In this document: piece after piece, positions 9,729-18,309 of the stretch
Position numbering within the stretch: the stretch's first letter is position 1
How the letters are laid out: every line of letters starts with the position of its first letter
Source: Thermoproteota archaeon
GTDB taxonomy: Archaea; Korarchaeota; Korarchaeia; Korarchaeales; JAOZGB01
Reading direction: 5' to 3'
Length of the DNA stretch: 64,000 nt
Assembly (NCBI GenBank): GCA_037917685.1
Contig: JAVCBU010000012.1
Span: 160,001-224,000 of the forward strand
Notes under the pieces: generated by a model
What the model saw: the letters and a program-made list of their open reading frames with translations, nothing else
The model's database searches: none
Told to the model about the DNA's origin: nothing
Position numbers and translations under genes: made by a program

Positions 9729-10533
9729 AGAGCGTGTACCTCTTAGATGTGAGAATGATGATGAAAGAATATACTATGAAAGGGGAAGTATCGTCATTAT
9801 TAATGACGATTTCCTAACTACTGATTTAATACCTCCCAGCTCTATAGACTTAATTGTAACATCTCCGCCTTACAATGTGGACATTTACTATGAGTCGTTT
9901 AGAGATAACATACCTTACGGGAAGTATCTCGAGTTCACGGGGAAGTGGCTTAAGAAAGCTTTGGAACTGCTAAAGCCTGATGGTAGAATGTGTTTGAACA
10001 TACCTCTGGATAAGAGTAAAGGGCGTAGGGAGGAGGGGTTTCAAAGCGTTTACGCAGATGTCGTATTTATCGCTAAGAAGGTTGGCTGGAGGTATTTTAG
10101 CACAATAATATGGAATGAACAGAACATATCCAGAAGGACTGCATGGGGTTCCTGGCTTAGTGCAAGAGCCCCCTATGTAATTGCTCCAGTAGAGGCCATA
10201 GTAATACTGTACAAGAACAGATGGAAGAAAACAAGAACAGGCATTTCCAATATCACAAGAGATGAATTCATAGAGTGGACGAACGGTGTGTGGACTTTCC
10301 CCGGGGAGAACAGGAGGAAAGTTGGACATCCTGCACCATTTCCATTAGAGCTGCCGAAGAGGTGTATCAAGCTCTTCAGCTTCGTAGGTGACACCGTGTT
10401 AGATCCATTCTTGGGTAGCGGAACTACACTAGTAGCATGTGCATTACTAGACAGAAAAGGGGTAGGTGTTGAAATAGATAGAAAGTATTGTGAGACTGCT
10501 AAAAAAAGATTGATAAAAGAGGGGACGCCGTAG
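9721..10533 (+). CDS. Site-specific DNA amino-methyltransferase, beta class (N4-C/N6-A)
   Basis: DLIVTSPPY (motif IV) precedes HPAPFP and VLDPFLGSGTT (motif I); GTG start at 9721 preferred; C-terminus altered by a local duplication. Confidence 0.9.
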   Translation: MNKERVPLRCENDDERIYYERGSIVIINDDFLTTDLIPPSSIDLIVTSPPYNVDIYYESFRDNIPYGKYLEFTGKWLKKALELLKPDGRMCLNIPLDKSKGRREEGFQSVYADVVFIAKKVGWRYFSTIIWNEQNISRRTAWGSWLSARAPYVIAPVEAIVILYKNRWKKTRTGISNITRDEFIEWTNGVWTFPGENRRKVGHPAPFPLELPKRCIKLFSFVGDTVLDPFLGSGTTLVACALLDRKGVGVEIDRKYCETAKKRLIKEGTP

Positions 10534-10603
10534 GTGACACCGTGTTAGATCCAATCTTGGGTAGCTAAAAAATTGATAAAAGAGGGGATGATAAAAGAGG
10601 GGA
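10383..10603. repeat. Duplicated 3' end of the methyltransferase
   Basis: 37-bp cgtaggtgacaccgtgttagatcca(t/a)tcttgggtagc at 10383 and 10529; tgataaaagagggga at 10511, 10574 and 10589. Confidence 0.9.
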
Positions 10604-10790
10604 TGATATTTCAAAAGAAGCTATTTGAGGGGTAAAGATGAGACGTGGGTTTAAATGTAAAGAAGAAATCCTAACAGTTCTAAAAAGGAAATATGATGAA
10701 ATAGTTCTTTCATCCCCCCATTTGGTATTCTATTTGTCTCTTTTAAGTATGTGCGTTATGGTTAAATGTTTTGCTTGGTTTCTTTTGTTG

Positions 10791-11585
10791 TTGGGGTGGG
10801 CTAGGTCTTATACTCCGCAGGATGCTGCTGAGGCATGCGAGGTAATATCTGAGGCTTTGGATAGGAGGCTTGTGTTCTGTATTGTGGGGCTTTCGCAGGT
10901 GAGGTATGAGGGTAGGGCTGAGTCAACGCTTGACGTTGGGGATAGGATTATTATTGGAAAGCCTGACGGTTCGTTTCTTGTCCATAGGCCTATGGGGTAT
11001 TCGCCTGTTAACTGGCAGCCTCCGGGTGGCTTTTTCAAGGTTTGGGTTGAGAAGGATAGGCTTATACTCGAGGCTTTTAGGAGGAAGCCGTACGAGAGGG
11101 TTACTGTGAATTTTGAGGTTGTCTATGTGATTTTAACCATGAAGCTGGAGGATAAGGCCCGTTTCCATGTTTCCCTGGTTGAGGAGGAGATGCGGAAAGC
11201 TATTCTTAGAGCCCCAGACCTGGTTGAACCTGGTTTTAAGCCTATGGCTGAGGAGAAGCATATTGAGTCAGGCTTTATAGATGTCTATGGGTATGATAGG
11301 TCTGGTACGCCTGTTGTTGTAGAGATTAAGGCTAGAAAAGCCGGTGTTGACGCTGTGAACCAGCTTAAACGCTACATTGACGAGATTAGGTCTATGAAGG
11401 GATATGTTAGGGGTATTCTAGCTGCCCCCAGTATTACCTCTGATGCGCTATCTCTTTTAAAGAGTTATGGATTAGAATATAAGAAGCTAACACCCAAGAT
11501 GTGTACAAGGGTGCTGCAGGCTAGGCAGGCAAGGCTTGGAGAGTTCGTTGAGAGTGAAGGTGATGAAGGATTATCCGATGATTGA
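10791..11585 (+). CDS. nucS: Mismatch endonuclease NucS/EndoMS
   Basis: YEGRAESTL..GDRIII.KPDGSFLVH, PVNWQPPG, GFIDVYG.D...VVVEIK, DAVNQLKRY, C-terminal PIP-like QARLGEF; real start likely TTG near 10791, not 10638. Confidence 0.93.
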   Translation: MGWARSYTPQDAAEACEVISEALDRRLVFCIVGLSQVRYEGRAESTLDVGDRIIIGKPDGSFLVHRPMGYSPVNWQPPGGFFKVWVEKDRLILEAFRRKPYERVTVNFEVVYVILTMKLEDKARFHVSLVEEEMRKAILRAPDLVEPGFKPMAEEKHIESGFIDVYGYDRSGTPVVVEIKARKAGVDAVNQLKRYIDEIRSMKGYVRGILAAPSITSDALSLLKSYGLEYKKLTPKMCTRVLQARQARLGEFVESEGDEGLSDD

Positions 11586-13869
11586 ATATGTTAGAATCAG
11601 AAATTTTAAGTCGTTTAGGAATGCCACGGTAAGGTTTAAGCCGGGGTATACGGCTATTACTGGCCCTAACGGGTCGGGGAAATCAAATATATTTGATGCT
11701 ATCTGCTTCACCCTCGGCATAGGTACTTTGAAGATGCTTAGAGCTGGGAGGCTTACGCACTTGGTTAGGAGAGGGGCTGATAAAGCGGAGGTTGAAGTAT
11801 CGATAAACCATTCTGGGAGGGTTCTCAGAGTTTATAGGAGGATTAATCCAAAGGGGGGCAGCGTTTACAAGCTTAACGGTAGAAGGATTAGTCTGAAAGA
11901 ACTTGAAGTTGAGCTTTCCAAGATTGGGATTCGAAAGTATGGGTATAATGTTGTATCACAGGGTGATATTACACTTATCATTGAAATGACTCCCAGGGAG
12001 CGGAGGCAGATCCTTGACGAGATCAGCGGGATTGCAGAGTTTGAGCAGAGAGAGAAGGAGATAATGTCTGAGCTTCAAAGGGTTAATGAGAAGCTCCGGG
12101 AGGCCGAGGCCATCCTGGGGGAGAGGAAGAAGAGAATAGAAGATTTAAAGACGCAGGTTGAAAGGCTAAAGGAGTACGTTGAAGCTGAAAGAATGTTAAG
12201 GGCTGCAGAGGCCGCATTGATGAGGGGTGAGATAGAAAAGCTTGAGGAGAGGATTAGAAACCTCAAAGTTGAGGAGCCGGACTTTGACGACTCCGCCCTT
12301 CGAAGCGTAGAGGAGAAACTTGCAAGAGCCGAAAGCAGAGTTCGAATGTTGGAGTCAAATCCCCTGCTCCGAAAGGCTTTTGAGGTTTCAGCTTTGGCTT
12401 TAGAGATTGAGAAGAAGAGGAGGCAGCTTTCAAAACTGTTGGAGAAGATAGAGATGTACGGTGGGTACTCTAGGCTTCCAAAGAGGGTAGTAGGTTCAGA
12501 CGGGTATATAGGCGTTGTTGGAGATATACTGAAACCGAAGACTGGATACGAGATTCCTTATACTGCAAGCCTTTGGGGTAGGCTTCGGGACATAGTGATT
12601 TCAACCTATGAACAAGCCGTTAAACTTGCAAATGCACTCTCTTCGTCTGGTAAGCGTTGGAGAATAATCCCACTGGACATTTTAAACGAGAAAGGAAGGG
12701 AGGACCCTCCGGAGTGGTCGTTAGGCTGCATGGCTGACTACGTGGAGTATGATGAAAGGTTTAAGTCCCTGGTTAACTTTTTGCTCGGTGGCACAGTCCT
12801 TGTAGAGAGGATTGGAGACGTCCCAAAGAGTTATGTGGGTAGTTGGAGGTTCGTGTCATTGGATGGTGTAGTGCTGGAGAGGAGTGGGATTCTAACCTGC
12901 GGGAAGGTTGGGAGGGAGGCTTTAGACAGAGCGGAATATGCGAATTTGATAGGGAAGGTTGAGGAGTTGAAATCAGAGATCAAAGATCTCGAAGGAAAAG
13001 TGGAGGGATATGATCCGGATGCTGCGAAATCCGTCCAGGACGAGTTGTATAGGATGAAAGGGATGGTTAAACAGCTTAGGGACAGGAGGGACCGGCTTAT
13101 CAGACTTAAGCTTGAGGCTGCGGAGAGAATAAGGCGTGCTGCATCGGAGATGGGTATGCTTAAAGCTAGAGTTGAAAGTTTAAAGGAGAGGCTTGCCCAG
13201 ATGGGTGATGTCCCAGAAATAGATCCATCAGAAGCTTTTGGGCTCGCTGAAAGAATGAAGCTTAAAATTAGACTTCTTTCACCTGTAAATCATAGGGCTG
13301 AGGAGGAGTATAAGGAAGCACTTGAGGAGTACGATAAAATTAACTTGCGTGTCAAGCTGGTTAGGGAGGAGAGGAATAAAATAATGGAAGCTCTTGAGGA
13401 GGTGAGAAGGGAGAGGAGAAGGGTCCTACAGGAAACATTAGATAGGCTTTCGAGGGAGTTTAACAGGGTATTTAAGGATTTAACTGGTGGGGAGGGTTTC
13501 CTTGAAGTCGACGACATTGAAGACCCGGGGTCCGGGCTTGAGATTAAAGTTAATCTCCCAGGCAAGAGGATGGCTACTATAGACCAGCTTTCCGGGGGTG
13601 AAAAGTCAATATCAGCACTAGCATTCATAGTTGCTATTCAGAAGCTTAGGCCAGCCCCGTTTTACCTTTTTGATGAGGCAGATCTTATGCTTGACCCGAG
13701 AAATGCTAGAAAATATGTTGAAATGCTCAGGAAGATGGGGAAGGAATGCCAGGTTATAGCTATATCTCTTAAGAGGGAAACCGTGGAGCCTGCAGATCAC
13801 ATAATAGGAGTTACGATGAGAGATGGCGTCTCTAAGATAGTAGCAGTTGACATGGGTGAGGAACCATGA
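11578..13869 (+). CDS. smc: Chromosome segregation protein Smc, unusually short-armed (~763 aa)
   Basis: NFKSF, Walker A GPNGSGKS, Q-loop VSQGDI, hinge (GYIGVVGDIL...IIPLD...VSLDGVVLERSGILTCG), PVN..A, signature LSGGEKS, Walker B FYLFDEAD; ATG 11578 overlaps the nucS stop. Confidence 0.92.
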   Translation: MIEYVRIRNFKSFRNATVRFKPGYTAITGPNGSGKSNIFDAICFTLGIGTLKMLRAGRLTHLVRRGADKAEVEVSINHSGRVLRVYRRINPKGGSVYKLNGRRISLKELEVELSKIGIRKYGYNVVSQGDITLIIEMTPRERRQILDEISGIAEFEQREKEIMSELQRVNEKLREAEAILGERKKRIEDLKTQVERLKEYVEAERMLRAAEAALMRGEIEKLEERIRNLKVEEPDFDDSALRSVEEKLARAESRVRMLESNPLLRKAFEVSALALEIEKKRRQLSKLLEKIEMYGGYSRLPKRVVGSDGYIGVVGDILKPKTGYEIPYTASLWGRLRDIVISTYEQAVKLANALSSSGKRWRIIPLDILNEKGREDPPEWSLGCMADYVEYDERFKSLVNFLLGGTVLVERIGDVPKSYVGSWRFVSLDGVVLERSGILTCGKVGREALDRAEYANLIGKVEELKSEIKDLEGKVEGYDPDAAKSVQDELYRMKGMVKQLRDRRDRLIRLKLEAAERIRRAASEMGMLKARVESLKERLAQMGDVPEIDPSEAFGLAERMKLKIRLLSPVNHRAEEEYKEALEEYDKINLRVKLVREERNKIMEALEEVRRERRRVLQETLDRLSREFNRVFKDLTGGEGFLEVDDIEDPGSGLEIKVNLPGKRMATIDQLSGGEKSISALAFIVAIQKLRPAPFYLFDEADLMLDPRNARKYVEMLRKMGKECQVIAISLKRETVEPADHIIGVTMRDGVSKIVAVDMGEEP

Positions 13870-14405
13870 GCTTACAGGATAAGATCAGGTTTATCCTTGA
13901 GAGGTTTAGAGAGACGCTTGACATAGCCTGGGCAGGTAGAGAGTTATTATCCATAGCGAGAATCGTGAGAAAACATGCGGAAGAGATACTGTCCCGGAAG
14001 ACCGAGGTGAAAAGAAACAGGCAGAGAATAAGAGTCGACAGAGAGTTAAAGTATGATTTGCAACCAAAGCGTGCAAGGATACCTGCCCGGAAGCCAGGAT
14101 CTGAGCAGCTTGAGAAGAGTGTAAAATGGGTGATCGCAAGGCTCTCCATAAGAAGGGCGTTAGAGGAGAGAATATTGTTGGAGGCTAAAGATTTGTACAG
14201 GGATATAGAGAGAAGCTACAGGTTTATTATAAAACTACTGTCAAAGTTCGGGGTAAAAAGAATAGAGTTTTCAAAGATCGCGAAAACAAGAAGTGAGAGA
14301 GCAACATTACTCATATCAATACTCCACCTCCATGCAGATGGGAGAATAGACGTACACCAGGACAAGCTTTATGGTGAGATAATTCTTGAACTACGAAAAG
14401 GTTGA
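13866..14405 (+). CDS. scpA: Kleisin ScpA (minimal, 179 aa)
   Basis: LERFRETLDIAWAGRELLSIARIVRKHAEEIL matches the kleisin N-terminal helix; LLISILHLHADGRIDVHQDKLYGEIIL matches the C-terminal winged helix; lies between smc and scpB. Confidence 0.8.
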   Translation: MSLQDKIRFILERFRETLDIAWAGRELLSIARIVRKHAEEILSRKTEVKRNRQRIRVDRELKYDLQPKRARIPARKPGSEQLEKSVKWVIARLSIRRALEERILLEAKDLYRDIERSYRFIIKLLSKFGVKRIEFSKIAKTRSERATLLISILHLHADGRIDVHQDKLYGEIILELRKG

Positions 14406-14883
14406 AAGGCTCGTTGAGGCTGCATTATTCATAGCGGGGAGACCTCTTAGCAAAGAAGAAATATCAAAACTAACTGGAGTCGAAGAGACTGATGTAGAAG
14501 AAATAGTGGAGAGGCTGAATCAGAGATATAGGGAGCTTTCATTTCACATAGTTAAATCTTGGAACGGGTGGGAGATGAGGCTAAAGCCTGAGTATGAGGA
14601 GAAAGTTGGGGAGGCAGCCTTGAAGGTTGAACTAACGACAGGAGAGCTTAGAACACTGGCAGCAATTATAGAACTTCAACCAGTAACCCTCTCTTACCTC
14701 GCAAAGGTAAGAGGAAGCAGAGCATATCTTGACGTGAAGAAGCTTAAGAAAATGGGACTGGTGAGAACCCAAAAGGGTGAGGGTAGGAGCCCAATAGTTA
14801 AAACAACAAAGGTTGTAAAATCATACTTCAACATTGTGGAGCGGAAACCCAAAAAAGAGGGGGAAGCAAAACCTCCCGTATAG
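14386..14883 (+). CDS. scpB: Kite subunit ScpB
   Basis: VEAALFIAGRPLS..EI, ELRTLAAIIELQPVT...LAKVRG, GRSP...TT. Confidence 0.9.
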   Translation: MNYEKVERLVEAALFIAGRPLSKEEISKLTGVEETDVEEIVERLNQRYRELSFHIVKSWNGWEMRLKPEYEEKVGEAALKVELTTGELRTLAAIIELQPVTLSYLAKVRGSRAYLDVKKLKKMGLVRTQKGEGRSPIVKTTKVVKSYFNIVERKPKKEGEAKPPV

Positions 14884-14965
14884 CTGGAAGTAATAGGCAT
14901 CAGAGGGTTAACCGGTAATCATATTGTTATTTATAATCAATCCCATTTACTAGGAGGTTGAATTC

Positions 14966-15829
14966 ATGTTTAGTCGCTGGGATAGAAACTTGCTGGGTAT
15001 GGCTAGACGTCCAGGCGTTAAGGAACTGTGGAAAACAGCAGTGGAGAGGCAAGGTAGCATGATCCCGGCTGTCAGGGGTGAGATGCTTAGTATTTCCCCT
15101 CGTAAAGCCCTTTTCACATCAGGCTTCCCTGTTTTCGGTCAGCGACCTGAAACAGACGGTCCTCCGGGGATTGCGTGTCTCCTCAACGCCTTTGAAAGCG
15201 CCGAGCTTACCATTCTCGTTGACACTGACTTCTACAAGACGTTTAAAGACTTATTCCATGAGATGGCTAAACAGGGATTTACACCATATGTAGAAGTCGC
15301 CACCCTAAATGAGGTTGGGGAAAACTATCAGATCGCCATTTCAATAGAGAAGCCAGGCGTAAACCGTGCTGGCATATACCATAACATGTCGGGTCACAAT
15401 ATTTCCGCTCTAGTTGACCCTATAGATTATTTTCTGCTAGAGCTTAAGGAGAGGGGTACATATACGGTGGGCATCGGCGATGGAGGCAATGAAGCTGGAA
15501 TGGGCCTTATTGAAGACGTGGTTAGGAAGCACGTCCCCTATGGCAATGTTTGTAGGTGTCCTTGCCGCCGGGGAATAGCCTCTAGTGTAACGTTTGACAG
15601 GCTCATCGTCGCTGAAGTCTCGAACTGGGGAGGCTTAGTATTGTCCATGGCACTCGGAGGCAAGCCATCGAGATTATGGAGAGCATACAAGGCCTGCTTC
15701 AAGTTGATGGTCAAAAACGGGTTTGTGGATGGAATAACAGGTGAAGGGGGATACACTGAGGATTCTAACCCTATTACAAGAGCAGAAGTAATATTCTCAG
15801 TGCTATCATCAAGGGCTAATGAGACATAA
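14966..15829 (+). CDS. DUF4392 / D-glutamate cyclase-like protein
   Basis: ETDGPPG, IEKPG, GIGDGGNEAGMG, VSNWG. Confidence 0.8.
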   Translation: MFSRWDRNLLGMARRPGVKELWKTAVERQGSMIPAVRGEMLSISPRKALFTSGFPVFGQRPETDGPPGIACLLNAFESAELTILVDTDFYKTFKDLFHEMAKQGFTPYVEVATLNEVGENYQIAISIEKPGVNRAGIYHNMSGHNISALVDPIDYFLLELKERGTYTVGIGDGGNEAGMGLIEDVVRKHVPYGNVCRCPCRRGIASSVTFDRLIVAEVSNWGGLVLSMALGGKPSRLWRAYKACFKLMVKNGFVDGITGEGGYTEDSNPITRAEVIFSVLSSRANET

Positions 15830-15841
15830 AGCACTTCTTTG

Positions 15842-16786
15842 TCAGGTGATCTTCCAGCCAAATTTGTCTTTAAGCTCTTCAAACAATATGTAGATCCCCT
15901 GTGGGGGGAAAATCCCTTCCTCTGTTATCAGAACGTCTATATATCTTGCTGGTGTTACATCATGCAATGGGTTCCTAGCTTTCAGCTTCTCTGATATCTT
16001 AAGGAGCTCGGGACCCACTATCTCGGTCTCATCGCCCTCCTCGATTTCTATCATCTCGCCAAGTAGGGTTGTTGGACTCATCTTGTACGTTCCAAGGGCC
16101 ATCATAACTCTAACTCTCGCCTCATGGGCTAGAGCTGCTATCATTGAGGTTCCAACCTTGCCGACTACAGCTCCGTTAACAGTGATTGCGTCTCCTCCTA
16201 CCAAAACCTTGTCTACCTCCTCCATGAAGACTCTTGCTGCTGCATCCGTTATTATTGTTGTGTCAAAGCCCAGCTTTGCTGTTTCAACCGCCATCTGTCT
16301 ACCTTCAAGCTTCGGTCTTGCCTCTGTAATGTAGATTTTCAGTTTAAGACCTATTTCTGAGGCCTTGGAAAGTAGTGATAGAACTGTCGTGCTGTACCCG
16401 TGGGTTAGAATGGTGTCTCCCGGCTCAAGCCTTCTGACTCCTATCTCCGCTATTTTCATTTTAGCCTCTTCTATTTCCTTCCCAAAAGTGTCAGCAGCCT
16501 CAAATGTTACCCTCCTTAAATCTTCTATCTTGTTTGAATCCATCTTCTCGACTCTACCAAGCACGTATGAAACACAGTTCTGTAGGCTTGCGGAGGATTT
16601 TCTAGCCATTCTAAGCTCGGAGCAAAGCCTCCGGATCTCCTTTAAATAGTCCTCCCCACTATACTCCCTGGAGAAGATTTTAAAGACTTTTACCGCTGCT
16701 AGGGCTGTATCGTCAGCGCTCGCGATCTCCTTCCTTTCAATATCACTAATAATCCTCCTAACCTCGGAGAAGCCCATATGGTACAC
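15842..16786 (-). CDS. eIF2B alpha/beta/delta-family protein (ribose-1,5-bisphosphate isomerase-like, divergent active site)
   Basis: LTHGYS, TEARP..EG, VLVGGDAI, KVGT, NPLHDVTP...IDVLITEEG. Confidence 0.8.
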   Translation of the reverse strand: MYHMGFSEVRRIISDIERKEIASADDTALAAVKVFKIFSREYSGEDYLKEIRRLCSELRMARKSSASLQNCVSYVLGRVEKMDSNKIEDLRRVTFEAADTFGKEIEEAKMKIAEIGVRRLEPGDTILTHGYSTTVLSLLSKASEIGLKLKIYITEARPKLEGRQMAVETAKLGFDTTIITDAAARVFMEEVDKVLVGGDAITVNGAVVGKVGTSMIAALAHEARVRVMMALGTYKMSPTTLLGEMIEIEEGDETEIVGPELLKISEKLKARNPLHDVTPARYIDVLITEEGIFPPQGIYILFEELKDKFGWKIT

Positions 16787-16860
16787 CTCGGTTAAAGCAT
16801 ATCATTACATGACAAACCTTGAATAAAATGTTATAATGGACAAGAAAGGCCAAATAGGTA

Positions 16861-17394
16861 ATGGACTCAAGAAGCCGAAAGGTAATATTTCTCGCCCACT
16901 GCATACTAAACCAGAACTCTGTGGTCCTAGGCCTTGCAAGAAGGCCAGCGGCATTCAAGGAGGTAGTTACATGCTTGATGGAGAAGGACGTAGGAATAAT
17001 ACAAATGAAATGCCCCGAAACAACATATGCAGGGTTGCTGAGATTCCAGCAGTCCGTTGAACAATACTCAAATCCATTCTTTAGAGAACACTGCAGGAAA
17101 ATAGCCGTTGAAACAGTTAAGCTTGCCGAGGAATACCTGAGATGCGGATACAAGGTGCTGGGAATAGTAGGCATAAAGGGGAGCCCCTCATGCGGGGTAT
17201 CTCTAACAACATCAGCAAGCTACGGTGGGCCTCCCGAGAAAAGGAAGGAGAGGAAAATCCCGAAACCAGGAGTATTTATAGAGGAACTATCTAAACTCTT
17301 ATCCAGCAGGGAATTAGACTTGAAACTTTTAGAACTCGACCCTAAAAACCCGGCAGCGTTCATAGACACCATTGAAACATTAAAACAAGCCTAA
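16861..17394 (+). CDS. DUF523 / TudS-related (CD3072-like) Fe-S desulfidase
   Basis: HCILNQNS, CPE, GSPSCG, GVFIEEL. Confidence 0.75.
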   Translation: MDSRSRKVIFLAHCILNQNSVVLGLARRPAAFKEVVTCLMEKDVGIIQMKCPETTYAGLLRFQQSVEQYSNPFFREHCRKIAVETVKLAEEYLRCGYKVLGIVGIKGSPSCGVSLTTSASYGGPPEKRKERKIPKPGVFIEELSKLLSSRELDLKLLELDPKNPAAFIDTIETLKQA

Positions 17395-17436
17395 TGGAAT
17401 TCATGCTTAAATCTTTAAAAATCAATAGATAATAGG

Positions 17437-17934
17437 ATGGATGTCCCCGAGATAGCCTCCAAGCTAATAGAAACCGATTCTACCCCTAGCAGTGGAGAGA
17501 GAAGTATAGCATTCAAAATTAGAGAGATGCTTAAAGAACTCCCGTTAGAAGTAGAAATCCAGGAATACTCCAAAAACAATGTCAACCTTCTAGCCTATAC
17601 GAAACCAGCAGGGAAAGTTAGAATAATCCTTATGGGACATATGGACACAGTTCCAGCATTTAAAGGCTGGACCACCAGCCCCTTCAAGCCACTGTTAAAG
17701 GGGGGATATGTCTACGGCCTCGGATCGGCAGATATGAAAGGCGCACTCGCATGTATGATAAAAGCGGCGGAAAACTCGCTGGAAAAGGAGTTTAGTTTCG
17801 CTCTGGGATTCACAGCCGAGGAGGAAACCACGATGGCGGGAGCAGACATATTAGCCTCGACGCTGAGGAGAAAATTCCCTTCTTTAAAGCTTGCAGTAGT
17901 CGGCGAGTCAACCAACATGAGAATATTCAGCTAG
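17437..17934 (+). pseudogene. Truncated M20 metallopeptidase (ArgE/DapE-like), N-terminal half only
   Basis: GHMDTVP, YGLGSADMKG, AEEE, GEST motifs, then a stop at 165 aa; no C-terminal half downstream. Confidence 0.75.
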
Positions 17935-18016
17935 AGCACCCTATATCAAACTCCATGTTATAGTTTTAAGCCGAACCTCGGCAGTTGAGGTAATGGTTTA
18001 CGTGAAGGTTGAAAGT

Positions 18017-18081
18017 TGGAGGTCAGGCCTGGCCTTTACATCACTGAGCTCTGTTAACTCCGACTTCCATCATCCCTCCAC
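18017..18081 (-). ncRNA. Box C/D methylation-guide sRNA
   Basis: Minus strand UGGAGG GG AUGAUGG AAGUCGGAGUUAA CAGA GCUCA GUGAUGU AAAGGCCAGGC CUGA CCUCCA: 6-bp terminal stem, C, D', C', D boxes with 11-13 nt guides, AT-rich TATA-like element ~25 nt upstream. Confidence 0.75.
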
Positions 18082-18309
18082 AAGTAATAATTCACAATTG
18101 AATTTTAACTTATCGGGTATGAGAGAAAGGGTGGTGTACCGGGTTTGCCATCTAGATTTCAAATAGTATCCTATAATTTTCATTGTTTACTCGACGGTTC
18201 CTACTGGGATTCCCCACTGTAAAATTTCTAAGTTAAGATTAGAGTCTATTTGCGGGTGTGGATTCCTCCACCTTTTGATGGCTGATTGTGGGGCCCGACA
18301 GGTTTTAGT

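Noticed and set aside
10638-10790. Hydrophobic N-terminal extension making NucS look membrane-anchored
   Set aside because: Translation of a T/G-rich promoter region that happens to be in frame; family similarity starts near 10791
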